Source of the DNA: Candidatus Obscuribacteraceae bacterium
GTDB taxonomy: Bacteria; Cyanobacteriota; Vampirovibrionia; Obscuribacterales; Obscuribacteraceae
Assembly (NCBI GenBank): GCA_044226015.1
Contig: JBGAHS010000006.1
Span: forward strand, 416,001 to 480,000
Reading direction: 5' to 3'
Length of the DNA stretch: 64,000 bases
Of the stretch, positions 21,002 to 31,196 are shown one piece after another. Made by a program: the position numbers and the translations under genes. A model generated the notes under the pieces. That model was not told where the DNA came from. It saw only the letters and a program-made list of their open reading frames with translations, and did not search any database. The number at the start of each line of letters is the position of its first letter. Position 1 is the first letter of the stretch.

Positions 21002-21460
21002 ATGAGTTTATTCGGAGCACAAAAAGTCAAAGGCACTACGCTCGAAGAAGTTGCTGGACTCGTTCAGAATTATTTCAAAGGCAGAAACCTTGATTATCAT
21101 AAGCAAGAAATTCCAGGGTCGGAAGGATGCGGCTGGTGGCTAACCGAGGGCAGCGCGAAGGTTTATATTTTCGTGCAAGATTCTTCGACAGGTCCAGTTT
21201 TGCGCATTACAAGTCCAATTGTTTATATTCCAGCAGAACGACAAGAGCAGTTCTATCGCCGACTGCTCGACCTGAACTGCAATCTCTCTAGCTGTCAGCT
21301 CGCCACATACGAGAATTATGTCCTTGTTATTTCGCAAAGGCAGACTCTCGGAATTACTCAGGAAGAAGTTGATTCAATCGTCTGGAATGTAGCATACGTT
21401 GCGGATCTATTGGACGACAAACTAGCATCAGAATTTGGAACCCAGTTATACAAAGTATGA
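21002..21460 (+). CDS. YbjN/CesT-like (type III chaperone fold) protein
   Basis: 152 aa; GSAKVYI, LRITSPI, FYRRLLDLN, ADLLDDKLASEFG pattern; RBS GAGGA. Confidence 0.75.
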   Translation: MSLFGAQKVKGTTLEEVAGLVQNYFKGRNLDYHKQEIPGSEGCGWWLTEGSAKVYIFVQDSSTGPVLRITSPIVYIPAERQEQFYRRLLDLNCNLSSCQLATYENYVLVISQRQTLGITQEEVDSIVWNVAYVADLLDDKLASEFGTQLYKV

Positions 21461-22311
21461 AATCATCATCTAGCCCAGCAGCAGACAAGGCGCTTCTTGC
21501 AGAACAAGAAATCAAATACATATGCAATTTAGCAGAACATTGCGGTAAGCTCGCGGCAGACATGAGAGCCGGAGTCGGAGTCCGAGAAAAAACCGAGCCT
21601 CATGACCTTGTAACCGACGCTGACCTTGCAGTCTCAACCTTATTGCTGAAAGAGCTAAGCAAGAGATTTCCCAAAGACTTTTTGATTTCGGAAGAAGATG
21701 TTCCGGAAGACATAGATACACAAAATAGCCGCATCTGGTACATCGACCCAATCGACGGCACCGACAATTATGTTAATGGCGACGGACAATATGCCGTGAT
21801 GATTGGTCTCCTGCACCAGGGACAACCACACTTTGGCTGCGTCCATAGCCCTGCAAACAAAGTTACTTATTTTGGCGGACCAGCCTATGGCAGCTGGATT
21901 CGCGAACCAGGTGGAGAAGAAGAAGAATTCAAACTATCAGACTCAGGCGAAATTGAAATGCCGATTCGCTTGATGATGGGAAACAGAGACAGAAAGAATT
22001 TCCCCTGGGTAGCACAATTATCAGGAATGAAACTGGTCACCGCAGGTAGTGTCGGACTCAAAGTTGCCCGAGTAATTCGCGGTGATGCCGACCTCTTTAT
22101 TCACCTCTCTGGAAAACTAAAATACTGGGACACAGTAGGTCCGATAGCCATAGCTTTAGCTGCAGGATTAGAAGCAGGAACATTGCAAGAAGACGAAATT
22201 CCTTATCCACTAGCTGATGTTAAACATCCACAAACAATAATTATTGGACGCAGAGGCTCGCTCAAATGGGCAAGAAACACCATTGCAAATAGATTGTTCA
22301 ACGAACAATAA
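21457..22311 (+). CDS. Inositol monophosphatase / CysQ family phosphatase
   Basis: DLVTDAD, SEE, WYIDPIDGT, WD motifs. Confidence 0.9.
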   Translation: MKSSSSPAADKALLAEQEIKYICNLAEHCGKLAADMRAGVGVREKTEPHDLVTDADLAVSTLLLKELSKRFPKDFLISEEDVPEDIDTQNSRIWYIDPIDGTDNYVNGDGQYAVMIGLLHQGQPHFGCVHSPANKVTYFGGPAYGSWIREPGGEEEEFKLSDSGEIEMPIRLMMGNRDRKNFPWVAQLSGMKLVTAGSVGLKVARVIRGDADLFIHLSGKLKYWDTVGPIAIALAAGLEAGTLQEDEIPYPLADVKHPQTIIIGRRGSLKWARNTIANRLFNEQ

Positions 22312-22389
22312 GCAGTAGTTCAATACTCGCATCATTTGCGCTCGCTGACTGTGCGAACTAAAAAAGAGCATTCCCAATACGGAAATCCT

Positions 22390-23580
22390 ATGACGATAAT
22401 TGCAAACAAAAAAGACTTTGATGAGCTTTGCAAAAAAATTGACGATAACGGACGCTTTTCGATTGACCTGGAGTTTATTCCAGAACGAACTTATGAACCA
22501 GAAATTTGCCTTGTTCAAGTAGCGACAGACGAAGAGGCATACATAATTGACCCTTACGAGGTCGAAGACCTTATGCCCATCTGGGAGCGAGTCGCATCGC
22601 CTGATTTGCTAAAAGTGGTGCATGCTGGTGATCAGGATATGGACTTGATGCATCTCGGCAGCGGTCTTATTCCGTCAAATGTAATGGACACGCAGATTGC
22701 TGCAGGCTTTATTGGTTTTGGCTATCCGATAGGCTACGGCAAACTATTAAGTCAGATTCTAAATATCAATCTTTCGAAATCAGAAAGCTTTACTGACTGG
22801 ACAAACCGTCCCCTAACTCCATCACAAATCAGTTATGCACTTGATGATGTCAGACATCTACTCCGCCTGCATGACAGCCTTGTCGAAGAACTGGATTCCA
22901 GACAAAGACTCAGCTGGGTTATAGACGAGTGCAAACGCTACTGTGATATTTCCTATTATGAGCGTGATAGGGCCCGAGATTTTATGCGTGTGAAAGGAGC
23001 AAGCTCTTTGCCTCGAAAGGGTTTAGCCGTCTTGCGCGAACTCTCTACTTGGCGCCACTCGGAAGCTTCGAGGCAAAACCGCCCGCTGAAATCCATTCTG
23101 GCTGACAACGTAATATACGAGTTCGCCAGGCATCCCCCAAAGAATCAAAACGAGATTCAACGAATCAGAGGAATTCGCTCAGATCAAGTAAAGCAATACA
23201 GTGCCGGAATTCTGAAGGCTGTTGAGACGGCTTTGAAACTGCCAGAATCAGAATGGCCAGTTTGGCCGTCAAGCCGAATTCCGAGTAAGCGAGAAGTACT
23301 GATTTCAGACTTTCTTTTCACAATTCTGAAAGTTCTGACTTTCGACCTTGACGTCGCAGCAGAGCTAGTGACAACACGTTCCACGCTGGAAGCACTGGTG
23401 AGAGTTCAACTTGAAGGAAGTCTCCAGCCAGAAAAATTCCCTCTGCTTCAGGGCTGGCGGCACGAGCTTGTAGGGGCAACCATTATGGAAGTTTTGAACG
23501 GCAGCGCCTGCAAAATGCAATTAATGTCAAAGTCTCACCCTATTCGCCTCGAAGTCAACGGAAAACGAATAGAACATTAA
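22390..23580 (+). CDS. rnd: Ribonuclease D
   Basis: DLEF, CLVQVA, HAGDQD, DTQIAA, TDWTNRPL, YALDDV, HRDC domain and GWR. Likely start ATG 22390. Confidence 0.92.
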   Translation: MTIIANKKDFDELCKKIDDNGRFSIDLEFIPERTYEPEICLVQVATDEEAYIIDPYEVEDLMPIWERVASPDLLKVVHAGDQDMDLMHLGSGLIPSNVMDTQIAAGFIGFGYPIGYGKLLSQILNINLSKSESFTDWTNRPLTPSQISYALDDVRHLLRLHDSLVEELDSRQRLSWVIDECKRYCDISYYERDRARDFMRVKGASSLPRKGLAVLRELSTWRHSEASRQNRPLKSILADNVIYEFARHPPKNQNEIQRIRGIRSDQVKQYSAGILKAVETALKLPESEWPVWPSSRIPSKREVLISDFLFTILKVLTFDLDVAAELVTTRSTLEALVRVQLEGSLQPEKFPLLQGWRHELVGATIMEVLNGSACKMQLMSKSHPIRLEVNGKRIEH

Positions 23581-23643
23581 GCCGCGTACATTCAAGCTTG
23601 AACAAGGTAAAATTGCTGTTTGCTAATCATTGGAGGAAGCAGC

Positions 23644-25092
23644 ATGACCGCCACAACAGCTAAGGTCGGTTTGATTGGACTTGGTGTCATGGGAGAGAAC
23701 CTTGCCCTCAACATAGAGCGGAATGGTTTTCCGATTGCAGTTTACAATCGCAGCCACGACAAAGTCGATGCGTTTATGAACGGCAAGGCTAAAGGTAAGA
23801 ATGTAATTGGTTGCAAGGACGAAAAGTCTTTCATTGCTTGCCTGGAAAAACCACGCAAAATTATTTTGTTGGTCAAAGCTGGACAACCTGTTGATTCGAC
23901 TATCGACGGTATTCGCCCATTCCTCGAGAGAGGCGACATAATTATCGATGGAGGCAACTCCTACTACGAAGACACACGTCGCCGTGAAAAAGCGCTGGCG
24001 GCTGAAGGTCTATTCCTGATCGGCTCTGGTGTATCAGGCGGTGAAGAAGGCGCACTATGGGGTCCGTCCTTGATGCCTGGCGGCGATAAGAATGCCTACG
24101 AAGAAATTCGTCCAATCTGGGAAGCAGCGTCAGCTAAAGCAGATGGCGAGCCATGCGTCACTTATCTGGGACCAGACGGAGCAGGTCACTTCGTTAAGAT
24201 GGTACACAATGGTATCGAATATGGTGACATGCAGCTAATCGCTGAAGTTTACGATATTCTCCGCAAGGTGTTCAACATGACACCTCGAGAAATGAGTGAA
24301 GTCTTCCACAAATGGAACAAGGGCTTGCTCAACTCCTACCTGATCGAAATCACTGCCGAGATTCTTACAGTAGAAGACCCTGAAACTAAAAAGCCGTTAG
24401 TCGACCTTATTCTCGACAAAGCCGGACAGAAGGGCACAGGTAAATGGACTGCAGAATGTGCGCAAGAAATGGGAATTCCTATTCCGACAATCGATGCAGC
24501 ATTGACAGGTCGTTTGCTGTCTTCAATGAAAGAAGAGCGCGTACTGGCATCGAAACATCTGCCAGGTCCTAGTGAAAAGGTAAACGTCGACAAAGAAGCA
24601 ATGCTAGTTGCCCTTGCTGATGCTTTGTTTGCAAGCAAAATTTGCTCGTATGCTCAGGGACTGTCGCTCATTAGAGCAGCTTCAAATGAGTACAAGTGGG
24701 ACATTGACCTGGCTGAAACGGCTCGCATCTGGAAGGGTGGTTGCATCATTCGTGCAGGCATGTTGAAAGACATTTCACAAGCATTCAAAGAACAACCAGA
24801 CCTGCGCAACCTTCTTCTGTACCCAACCTTCATGCAATGGATGGAAAAGGCACAGACGAATTGGAGAAAGGTTGTTGCAACCGCTGTACAAGCCGGTGTT
24901 CCGATACCAGCTATGAGCGCGAGCCTCGCTTACTTCGATGCTTACCGCAGTGCAAACCTGCCCCAAAACCTCACGCAGGCTCAGCGTGATTACTTCGGCG
25001 CTCACACCTACGCAAGAGTGGATAAGCCAGAAGTCGGCATGGTACACACCGAGTGGAAAGAACTCATCAAAGAAACAGCTGACGCGAAATAA
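23644..25092 (+). CDS. gnd: NADP-dependent 6-phosphogluconate dehydrogenase
   Basis: GLGVMG, IDGGN, VSGGEEGA, KMVHNGIEYGDMQ, QKGTGKW, QRDYFGAHTY; RBS GGAGG before ATG 23644. Confidence 0.98.
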   Translation: MTATTAKVGLIGLGVMGENLALNIERNGFPIAVYNRSHDKVDAFMNGKAKGKNVIGCKDEKSFIACLEKPRKIILLVKAGQPVDSTIDGIRPFLERGDIIIDGGNSYYEDTRRREKALAAEGLFLIGSGVSGGEEGALWGPSLMPGGDKNAYEEIRPIWEAASAKADGEPCVTYLGPDGAGHFVKMVHNGIEYGDMQLIAEVYDILRKVFNMTPREMSEVFHKWNKGLLNSYLIEITAEILTVEDPETKKPLVDLILDKAGQKGTGKWTAECAQEMGIPIPTIDAALTGRLLSSMKEERVLASKHLPGPSEKVNVDKEAMLVALADALFASKICSYAQGLSLIRAASNEYKWDIDLAETARIWKGGCIIRAGMLKDISQAFKEQPDLRNLLLYPTFMQWMEKAQTNWRKVVATAVQAGVPIPAMSASLAYFDAYRSANLPQNLTQAQRDYFGAHTYARVDKPEVGMVHTEWKELIKETADAK

Positions 25093-25112
25093 CCGCGAAT
25101 CAGAATTAATTC

Positions 25113-25148
25113 AAGACGGGTGGTGCAATAGCATCACCCGTTTTGTTT
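25113..25148 (+). terminator. Rho-independent terminator after gnd
   Basis: ACGGGTGGTGC-aata-GCATCACCCGT followed by TTTGTTT. Confidence 0.85.
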
Positions 25149-25261
25149 ATCCAAAAGCAGCGGGCAGTCAACAGTCTGCGATGAATAGCATCTTGTGCAA
25201 GCAGTTGCATGAATACCTGTAGGATCCCGCTATTGTTATACAAAGTAAGTGTGTATCCCCA

Positions 25262-26098
25262 TTAGGATTTGCTGCTCGTTAGCTCAGCGGCATCCTTCAC
25301 CATGATGGGAACGGCGAAATCTACAAGGTCGCTTGCAGAAAACAAATAGCATGTAGCTTTCCCTACCTTGCCACTAGATATGATGCGCGACTCGGCAATA
25401 TACTTCCTGAGAATAATTGCAAAATACTCGTCTGGCCAGTCACATATTCCTGTTGAACTGTTGAATTCCTCGACCTCAACCCATTGCTTCTCGCCATCAA
25501 TCATTAATGGAACTCTTATATGCACAAGCTTCTTATTCTCGATGGGGGCAATTGCCTCGGCATAATGCAGTAAGGTAACAGCGTCAAGGTCTGAACCAAG
25601 CAAAAGCACCTTTCCCTGATGATTACACAGACGCTCTAAGGGTGAGCCTTTACCCAAACCGTAATTTAGCGAATGCTCCTTCAGCAGTTTATCCGACAAC
25701 GGACCAATGGCTCCCATTCTACAACCAGGGTTAGCAGTGACCTCGACTCCAGGGCTTGTGCGAAAGAACTCAGCCAGAGCACCAAAGTCTCGACTAGCTC
25801 TTGCAGTAGTCGGGTCAAAGGCAGGACAATTCTGAACAATAAACTCTTCTTGCTCGGAAGTAAAAATACCTCTCCCGACATCATCAAATGGCATCTGGCA
25901 GCCGAGATACATCATCATTGTTCCGCCCGGTCCGATTGATTCAAGCAGGGCAGAAATCAATTCATCAGGTCCACCCAGAACCTCGCCGACGGCACGAAGT
26001 GAAGCATGAACCATAAGAAGGTCACCAGACTTCAATCCTAAGTTTCTCAAGGCTGAAATAAGATCGCTCTTCGACAGCCATTTCTTTTCGTGATACAC
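25262..26098 (-). CDS. aac(3): Aminoglycoside 3-N-acetyltransferase family (Antibiotic_NAT)
   Basis: LMVHASLRAVG, PAFDP, FGALAE, GKGSPLERL, GKVLLLG, TLLHYAE; collinear with AAC(3)-II/III enzymes as I recall them. Confidence 0.88.
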   Translation of the reverse strand: MYHEKKWLSKSDLISALRNLGLKSGDLLMVHASLRAVGEVLGGPDELISALLESIGPGGTMMMYLGCQMPFDDVGRGIFTSEQEEFIVQNCPAFDPTTARASRDFGALAEFFRTSPGVEVTANPGCRMGAIGPLSDKLLKEHSLNYGLGKGSPLERLCNHQGKVLLLGSDLDAVTLLHYAEAIAPIENKKLVHIRVPLMIDGEKQWVEVEEFNSSTGICDWPDEYFAIILRKYIAESRIISSGKVGKATCYLFSASDLVDFAVPIMVKDAAELTSSKS

Positions 26099-26155
26099 AA
26101 GGAACTCCAGATGCGGTCATATTATCCGCAACTGACGAAGTCAAATCAAGGGAAT

Positions 26156-27406
26156 CTAACCGACACGCGAGCTGCGAGGTCTAAATCTTCTGCCCGATGA
26201 CGACACTTTGTTGAACGAAGTATTTGGCTTCTCTGGCGGAGGCGGCGTATTCGCATCTGGAACTAGCCTGTTACCAGTGAGTTTCTGAATATCTTTCAAA
26301 AGAAATTTCTGTTCTTTTGAAACAAAAGTGAATGCGACACCTTTTCGTCCAGCACGGCCAGTACGCCCAATGCGATGAACATAATCTTCCGAACAGCTAG
26401 GAAGGTCATAATTCACAACGTGACTGATAGCAGGTATATCAAGCCCACGCGCTGCCACATCGGTTGCAACCAGAACGCTGAACTTACCATCGCGGTAGCG
26501 GGCAAGCGTCTTTTCGCGTTGACTTTGGGGAATATCGCTGTGCATTTCTTCAGCCATTACATTTGCGTCTCTGAGTCTATCTTTAACCCAAGAAGCTTTT
26601 CGCCGAGTCTCAGTAAAAACAATTACGGTTTCCATGTCGCCTTGACGTAAAAGCTTTATCAGCAAATCATCTTTATCGAACTCATCAACATCGAACAATT
26701 GTTGTTCGATAGCGTCTGGCTCAACCTGGTTGCTGTTTGCACGCACGATCATAGGACTGCTCAAAAATTCTGCTGCGATAGATTCGATGCGTCCGCTAAT
26801 CGTTGCAGAGAACATGATTGTCTGACGAGACGCTTTAGGTATTTGTGAAACGATTCTGCGTACTTGTGGCATGAAACCCATGTCCATAAGCCTATCAGCC
26901 TCGTCTAAAACGAGTTTTTGAATGGAAGCAAGCGATACTGTTTTGCGCTCCATATGGTCGAGCAATCTACCAGGAGTAGCAACTATAACGTGCGCACCTT
27001 TCTTGATTTCCTTAAGTTGCTGAGCGAAATTAGAGCCACCATAGACAGTGACAACTCTTAACGGAAAGTTCTTAGAAAAGCGTTCAAATTCCTCAGCGAC
27101 TTGTAATGCAAGTTCTCTTGTGGGAACAAGCACCAGCGCTCTAGTTTTGATAGCACAAACAGCCTTTTGATTAGCGGTTTTCCTGGCTTGAGCTTCCATC
27201 GCTCTAGCTCTATCAATAAATTCAATTATCGGAAGCGCGAATGATGCAGTTTTTCCCGAACCTGTCTGAGCAGATGCCATAACATCATGTCCAGCTTTTA
27301 CAAGAGGTATTGCCTTACTCTGAATTTCCGTTGGGCTCTGGAAGCCGATTTCATCCAACACAGCACAAATATACTTGGGCAAGCCAAGTTCAGTAAAATT
27401 AGTCAA
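26156..27406 (-). CDS. DEAD-box RNA helicase (RhlE-like)
   Basis: Q motif, AQTGSGKT, PTRELA, TPGRL, DEAD, SAT, ARGLD, HRIGRTGRAG; TTG start with AGGA RBS. Confidence 0.96.
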   Translation of the reverse strand: MTNFTELGLPKYICAVLDEIGFQSPTEIQSKAIPLVKAGHDVMASAQTGSGKTASFALPIIEFIDRARAMEAQARKTANQKAVCAIKTRALVLVPTRELALQVAEEFERFSKNFPLRVVTVYGGSNFAQQLKEIKKGAHVIVATPGRLLDHMERKTVSLASIQKLVLDEADRLMDMGFMPQVRRIVSQIPKASRQTIMFSATISGRIESIAAEFLSSPMIVRANSNQVEPDAIEQQLFDVDEFDKDDLLIKLLRQGDMETVIVFTETRRKASWVKDRLRDANVMAEEMHSDIPQSQREKTLARYRDGKFSVLVATDVAARGLDIPAISHVVNYDLPSCSEDYVHRIGRTGRAGRKGVAFTFVSKEQKFLLKDIQKLTGNRLVPDANTPPPPEKPNTSFNKVSSSGRRFRPRSSRVG

Positions 27407-27589
27407 AATGTAGTCCTTGTTATAAGCAAAATAGGGTCTTTATCAGGTCCAACTGGACTTACGCGGCTTTGCTTTCGTTGTTCAGCAAAAAACTTCTTCT
27501 TTATCGAGCTCGTCGATGCCGTCGCCAGGAATCAGGCAAACAATGCCCCTCATGGATGTACTTTAGTATGTCATAGAACATCTGAGATG

Positions 27590-29575
27590 TCAAAAGAATT
27601 CTGCTTTGCCTACCCCATTAATACGCGTTTTCAGCAAAGTAAAAAGCTCAAAAACACCAGCTCCATAACCAACCATAGGTACTGCACCTGTAGGAGAACC
27701 AAGCGGACCACGAAAACGGTTGTTAAGGTGAGAAACATACATCTCCGGAACAAAGAAATGGTCCTCTGCTGCTTTCTTAGCAATGGATTGAACGATTTTC
27801 TCCGCTTTAGCTCGTTCACCTTGCTGTAACAGTATTTCAGCCACTAGAAAGTCAATGAACAGGAACTCCTGGCGTTCATACCAGTACTCGAAGACCTTGG
27901 GATCTGTTTCAATACTTGTAACCCTGCGATACCCGCCTGATGGCATTTTCAAAGTTTCCATATTCTCCATGGTTCTTTTGACAGTTTGCTCGTCCTCAAC
28001 AATTCCCAGGGTAATCGCAGTCAGCATTGCGCCATCGACTTCATTTTTGATGCCTGGCTCAAGCGCACCACGCAATGCATTGTCTTTGATGAAAGCAGCC
28101 ATGAAGCCTTTTTTCAGTAGATTGATTTTTTCAGCCAAGACATGTTGCAACTGAACATCGTTTTTCCGCTCAGCTAGCCTCTGAAAAGCCTGGAGACCTT
28201 TAATTGCCATTATCGTTGAGAACGCAAAATGCTTTTTGTTTTGCTGGCGCTCTTCCCAAATGGAAGTATCCGCTTTCACAATAAGCCCGCCTTCGTAAGG
28301 CTCTAAATTTGCCAACAATGGTTTGAGCACAAAGTTTTTGGCAGACTCGTAAATTGTGCCGCGATATGTTTTGTGTTCTAGCAGATCACTCTGAGGGTAT
28401 AGATTGAGGTGCTCACCCAACAACCAGAGTACCAGCCCCCAGTCATCCAGCTCTATATTGGTAGCACCTTCCATAGTGAAGAATGGCTCTTCTTCGCCGT
28501 TTCCAAAATACCTAACAACCGATATTTGATAAGGCAAATTACCCAATTCTTTTTGCATCTTAGAGACTGGTCGCGCGTTAAAAAGGGAATCTATTGCTCG
28601 CTCGGCTTCATCCTTGTGACCCATTCTGGAAAATGCAAGAGTTGCATAAACCATATCTCGCACCCAGGGAACAAACCAGGCACCATCAGGCAAACTAGCC
28701 AAAATTAAACCATTTCCGTATCGTCCAGAAACATTCGGTTCTCTCGATTGAGCCATTCGCAAGACAGCTTCACTCTGACGCCATAGTTTTGACTCATTTT
28801 CGGACAATTCGCCGGGCTCTTTTACACGCCACTTTTCGAAGCTGACCAGCTCTCTTCTTACAAGCTCATCGTAGTCTCGTGCAGAATCCCACTTGTCAAA
28901 TTTGGAAACAACACTTTCTACTTGCCTTTCAGAATCAACTGTTGCAATTGCCCATCCATCAAAGTTTTTTAGACGAGAAAATTTTTCGCCGTTTTGATAG
29001 TCACTGGTTCGAATATTTGGTTTGCCGCTGAGCCTAAGTGGAATGAGAAGCACCGTCTCTTTGAGCCCGGCAAACTTCATCACGATGAAAGATCTTCTAG
29101 CAAAGTTTCCTAGCTTATGTGTGATAACTTTGTGAGACCAATTTATATTTAATTGAGAACCTGCATTTGCCTGATTTTTCTTTGAGAGTATAAGTACATT
29201 GAAAGGCAAATCAAAAGGCATAAAACATGACTCTTCCTGCGTTTCAGAAGCCTTCAGCCGAATAATGTTCGATTGCTTGATATATTCGACCTCGGGCACA
29301 CCTTTGTGATACCACTCTATAGAGTTGACTAGATTTGATGTTTCAATGCCCTCAGAAAGCGGGTTTCTAATGTCCGACTTCTCGAACTTGTAGGGGTGCG
29401 TATAGAATTTTGTTAGTACACCATCTTCCGCAGAAAGCACAGCAAAACCAAACCCATTTCCTGTCACAAGTGGCGTTGGAATCATCTTCTCATCGCTATG
29501 AGCATACGATGGCGACATGATGACAGTTTGCACAAGAAGACAAAAGAGAGCAGCGAATACTTTAGATGATTTCAC
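27590..29575 (-). CDS. Exported glycoside hydrolase family 15-like (six-hairpin) protein
   Basis: Signal peptide; GLILASL...WVRD and DTSIWEE motifs of GH15. Confidence 0.75.
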   Translation of the reverse strand: MKSSKVFAALFCLLVQTVIMSPSYAHSDEKMIPTPLVTGNGFGFAVLSAEDGVLTKFYTHPYKFEKSDIRNPLSEGIETSNLVNSIEWYHKGVPEVEYIKQSNIIRLKASETQEESCFMPFDLPFNVLILSKKNQANAGSQLNINWSHKVITHKLGNFARRSFIVMKFAGLKETVLLIPLRLSGKPNIRTSDYQNGEKFSRLKNFDGWAIATVDSERQVESVVSKFDKWDSARDYDELVRRELVSFEKWRVKEPGELSENESKLWRQSEAVLRMAQSREPNVSGRYGNGLILASLPDGAWFVPWVRDMVYATLAFSRMGHKDEAERAIDSLFNARPVSKMQKELGNLPYQISVVRYFGNGEEEPFFTMEGATNIELDDWGLVLWLLGEHLNLYPQSDLLEHKTYRGTIYESAKNFVLKPLLANLEPYEGGLIVKADTSIWEERQQNKKHFAFSTIMAIKGLQAFQRLAERKNDVQLQHVLAEKINLLKKGFMAAFIKDNALRGALEPGIKNEVDGAMLTAITLGIVEDEQTVKRTMENMETLKMPSGGYRRVTSIETDPKVFEYWYERQEFLFIDFLVAEILLQQGERAKAEKIVQSIAKKAAEDHFFVPEMYVSHLNNRFRGPLGSPTGAVPMVGYGAGVFELFTLLKTRINGVGKAEFF

Positions 29576-29605
29576 TATTTACACCGTTGAAATTCGCTAA
29601 AGATA

Positions 29606-29636
29606 GCACGGGACAGACGCTGTGTCTGCCCCGTGT
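29606..29636 (-). terminator. Hairpin, probable terminator of the low-complexity gene
   Basis: GCACGGG-A-CAGACG...TGTCTG-C-CCCGTGT; weak U-tail on the minus strand. Confidence 0.5.
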
Positions 29637-29692
29637 TTCAATTTAGCGTAGGTTGGTTGGTCCTTCAAGTACCTCGGCACTACAAAGACATG

Positions 29693-30424
29693 CTAGTCAT
29701 TATTCTTCGAGCTTCTGTCTTGAGAAGAAGAAGCTGTAGCAGCCGCACCATCATTTCCACCAGAGTCTCTACCTGTTTCCTGCTGCGAAGGCTGGCTTGC
29801 AGTCTGGCTTGCAGACTGATCAGAACCTGTAGATGGAGGTGTCTTCGAGTCGCTTCCTTGATTGGTGCTCGCTCCTGCTCCACTATCACCCGAAGGAGTT
29901 GCTGGACTGGATGACTCAGATCCTGCGTTCTTAGTGTTATTAACATCTGAACCGGACTGCGAGCTCTCCTTCGCTTTGCTGTCCCCACTATTTTCGCTAT
30001 TTTGCGAAGACTTCGATGAATCAGCTTTATCATTCTGGGATTGGTTTGAGTCTTGTGTCTTACCCGACGAATCACTCTTTGCCTGATTTTCCTGCTTATC
30101 ACTACCAGGCTTCGGACTGTTATCGATAGATTCTTTCTGTTCTTTGTTTTCTGAATTCGGAGTATCCTTCTTATCATCGCTTCGTTTTTGCGCATTTGCA
30201 TCATTATTTTGCTTACTCAATGAATCCTGCAGTTGCAAATCAGGAAATCCGTGCTTTTTCATTTCAGCTTGCGAATCAGCATTCTTATCAGCATTGTTCT
30301 TACTAAATTGTTTTTCGCCACCTTTAGAATCTTGAAGAAGACGATCGTGGAGCTGTACGCCATCGGCTTTTGTGATATCTTTTTCCGCTGATTTGTTAAA
30401 GTCTTCGTGTCTAGAATTTTTCAT
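29693..30424 (-). CDS. Intrinsically disordered Ser/Gln/Asp/Lys-rich hypothetical protein
   Basis: Long low-complexity ORF; start uncertain (ATG 30424, 30442 or 30448). Confidence 0.75.
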   Translation of the reverse strand: MKNSRHEDFNKSAEKDITKADGVQLHDRLLQDSKGGEKQFSKNNADKNADSQAEMKKHGFPDLQLQDSLSKQNNDANAQKRSDDKKDTPNSENKEQKESIDNSPKPGSDKQENQAKSDSSGKTQDSNQSQNDKADSSKSSQNSENSGDSKAKESSQSGSDVNNTKNAGSESSSPATPSGDSGAGASTNQGSDSKTPPSTGSDQSASQTASQPSQQETGRDSGGNDGAAATASSSQDRSSKNND

Positions 30425-30554
30425 TTTTGAAGTCCCTTCCATTCCCATGCGAAGATAGTAATTTCCGCAGGTAAAAAAGTTGTGGAAGGTTTCCAGGCAG
30501 TTACTAGCCAAACAAAATTGCTGCTAAAAACAAAGGTACTTAATCCTTATCTGC

Positions 30555-31196
30555 CTATGGAGGAGGAGGAGGAGGAGGAGGAGCTGGAATATCCTCATCA
30601 GCACCATCAGCAGTAGCAGCATCTGCTTCTTTCTGCAGGTCATCTTCCTCTTGCTTTGCCAATGCGAGGTCTATATTGTCGTCACCTTTGTCTTCCGTGT
30701 CTGGTTCCAACAATGGGAAGGTGTAAGTCTGATTGAATACGAGGAGATCTGTGAACCCTACATTGCTCATGATGATAGGAGCAGGCAGTTTGGAGTTGAG
30801 AGTAGTTGATACTTTTACAAAAGGACCCTTATCCATCTGAGGTTTTCCATCATCGTCTGGAAATATCTCGTACTCGAATTTGTTCGAAGCCAAGTCTACT
30901 TTAGGATCACCAACAACTCCGCCAGATGCGGTAGCAAATTGTTTGCAAGCGATAATCGCAGCAGCCTTAGCGTCATCCGCATTTCCTTGCTGCGCCGCAG
31001 CACGACAGGCATCTCTACACGCGCTATCGTTGAGCCATGCGGCAAAAACGAGAACCCCAACATTAACCGAAATCAGGGCCATAGCTATTACGATGAATGA
31101 TATACCGACCAGCTCAAGTAGGGCAGTTCCACGACCCCTGTCAACTCTATTACGATGCTTTTTGCAAACCATACTTCTCTGGCTCCTAGTCTTCAT
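30555..31196 (-). CDS. TadE/TadF-like pseudopilin
   Basis: RG|TALLE prepilin cleavage motif with Glu+5, hydrophobic helix, ACRDACRAAA; acidic and poly-Pro tail. Confidence 0.8.
   Translation of the reverse strand: MKTRSQRSMVCKKHRNRVDRGRGTALLELVGISFIVIAMALISVNVGVLVFAAWLNDSACRDACRAAAQQGNADDAKAAAIIACKQFATASGGVVGDPKVDLASNKFEYEIFPDDDGKPQMDKGPFVKVSTTLNSKLPAPIIMSNVGFTDLLVFNQTYTFPLLEPDTEDKGDDNIDLALAKQEEDDLQKEADAATADGADEDIPAPPPPPPPP

Noticed and set aside
25159..25232. Possible extra structure (AGCGGG...CCCGCT) after the gnd terminator
   Set aside because: Short and reliant on many G-U pairs; cannot be distinguished from chance or from a 3' end structure of aac(3).
27287..27829. 180-aa plus-strand ORF
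   Set aside because: It overlaps two well-supported minus-strand genes and has no motifs.
29680..30204. 174-aa Arg/Ile-rich alternative-frame ORF
   Set aside because: A frame shadow of the low-complexity gene on the same strand.
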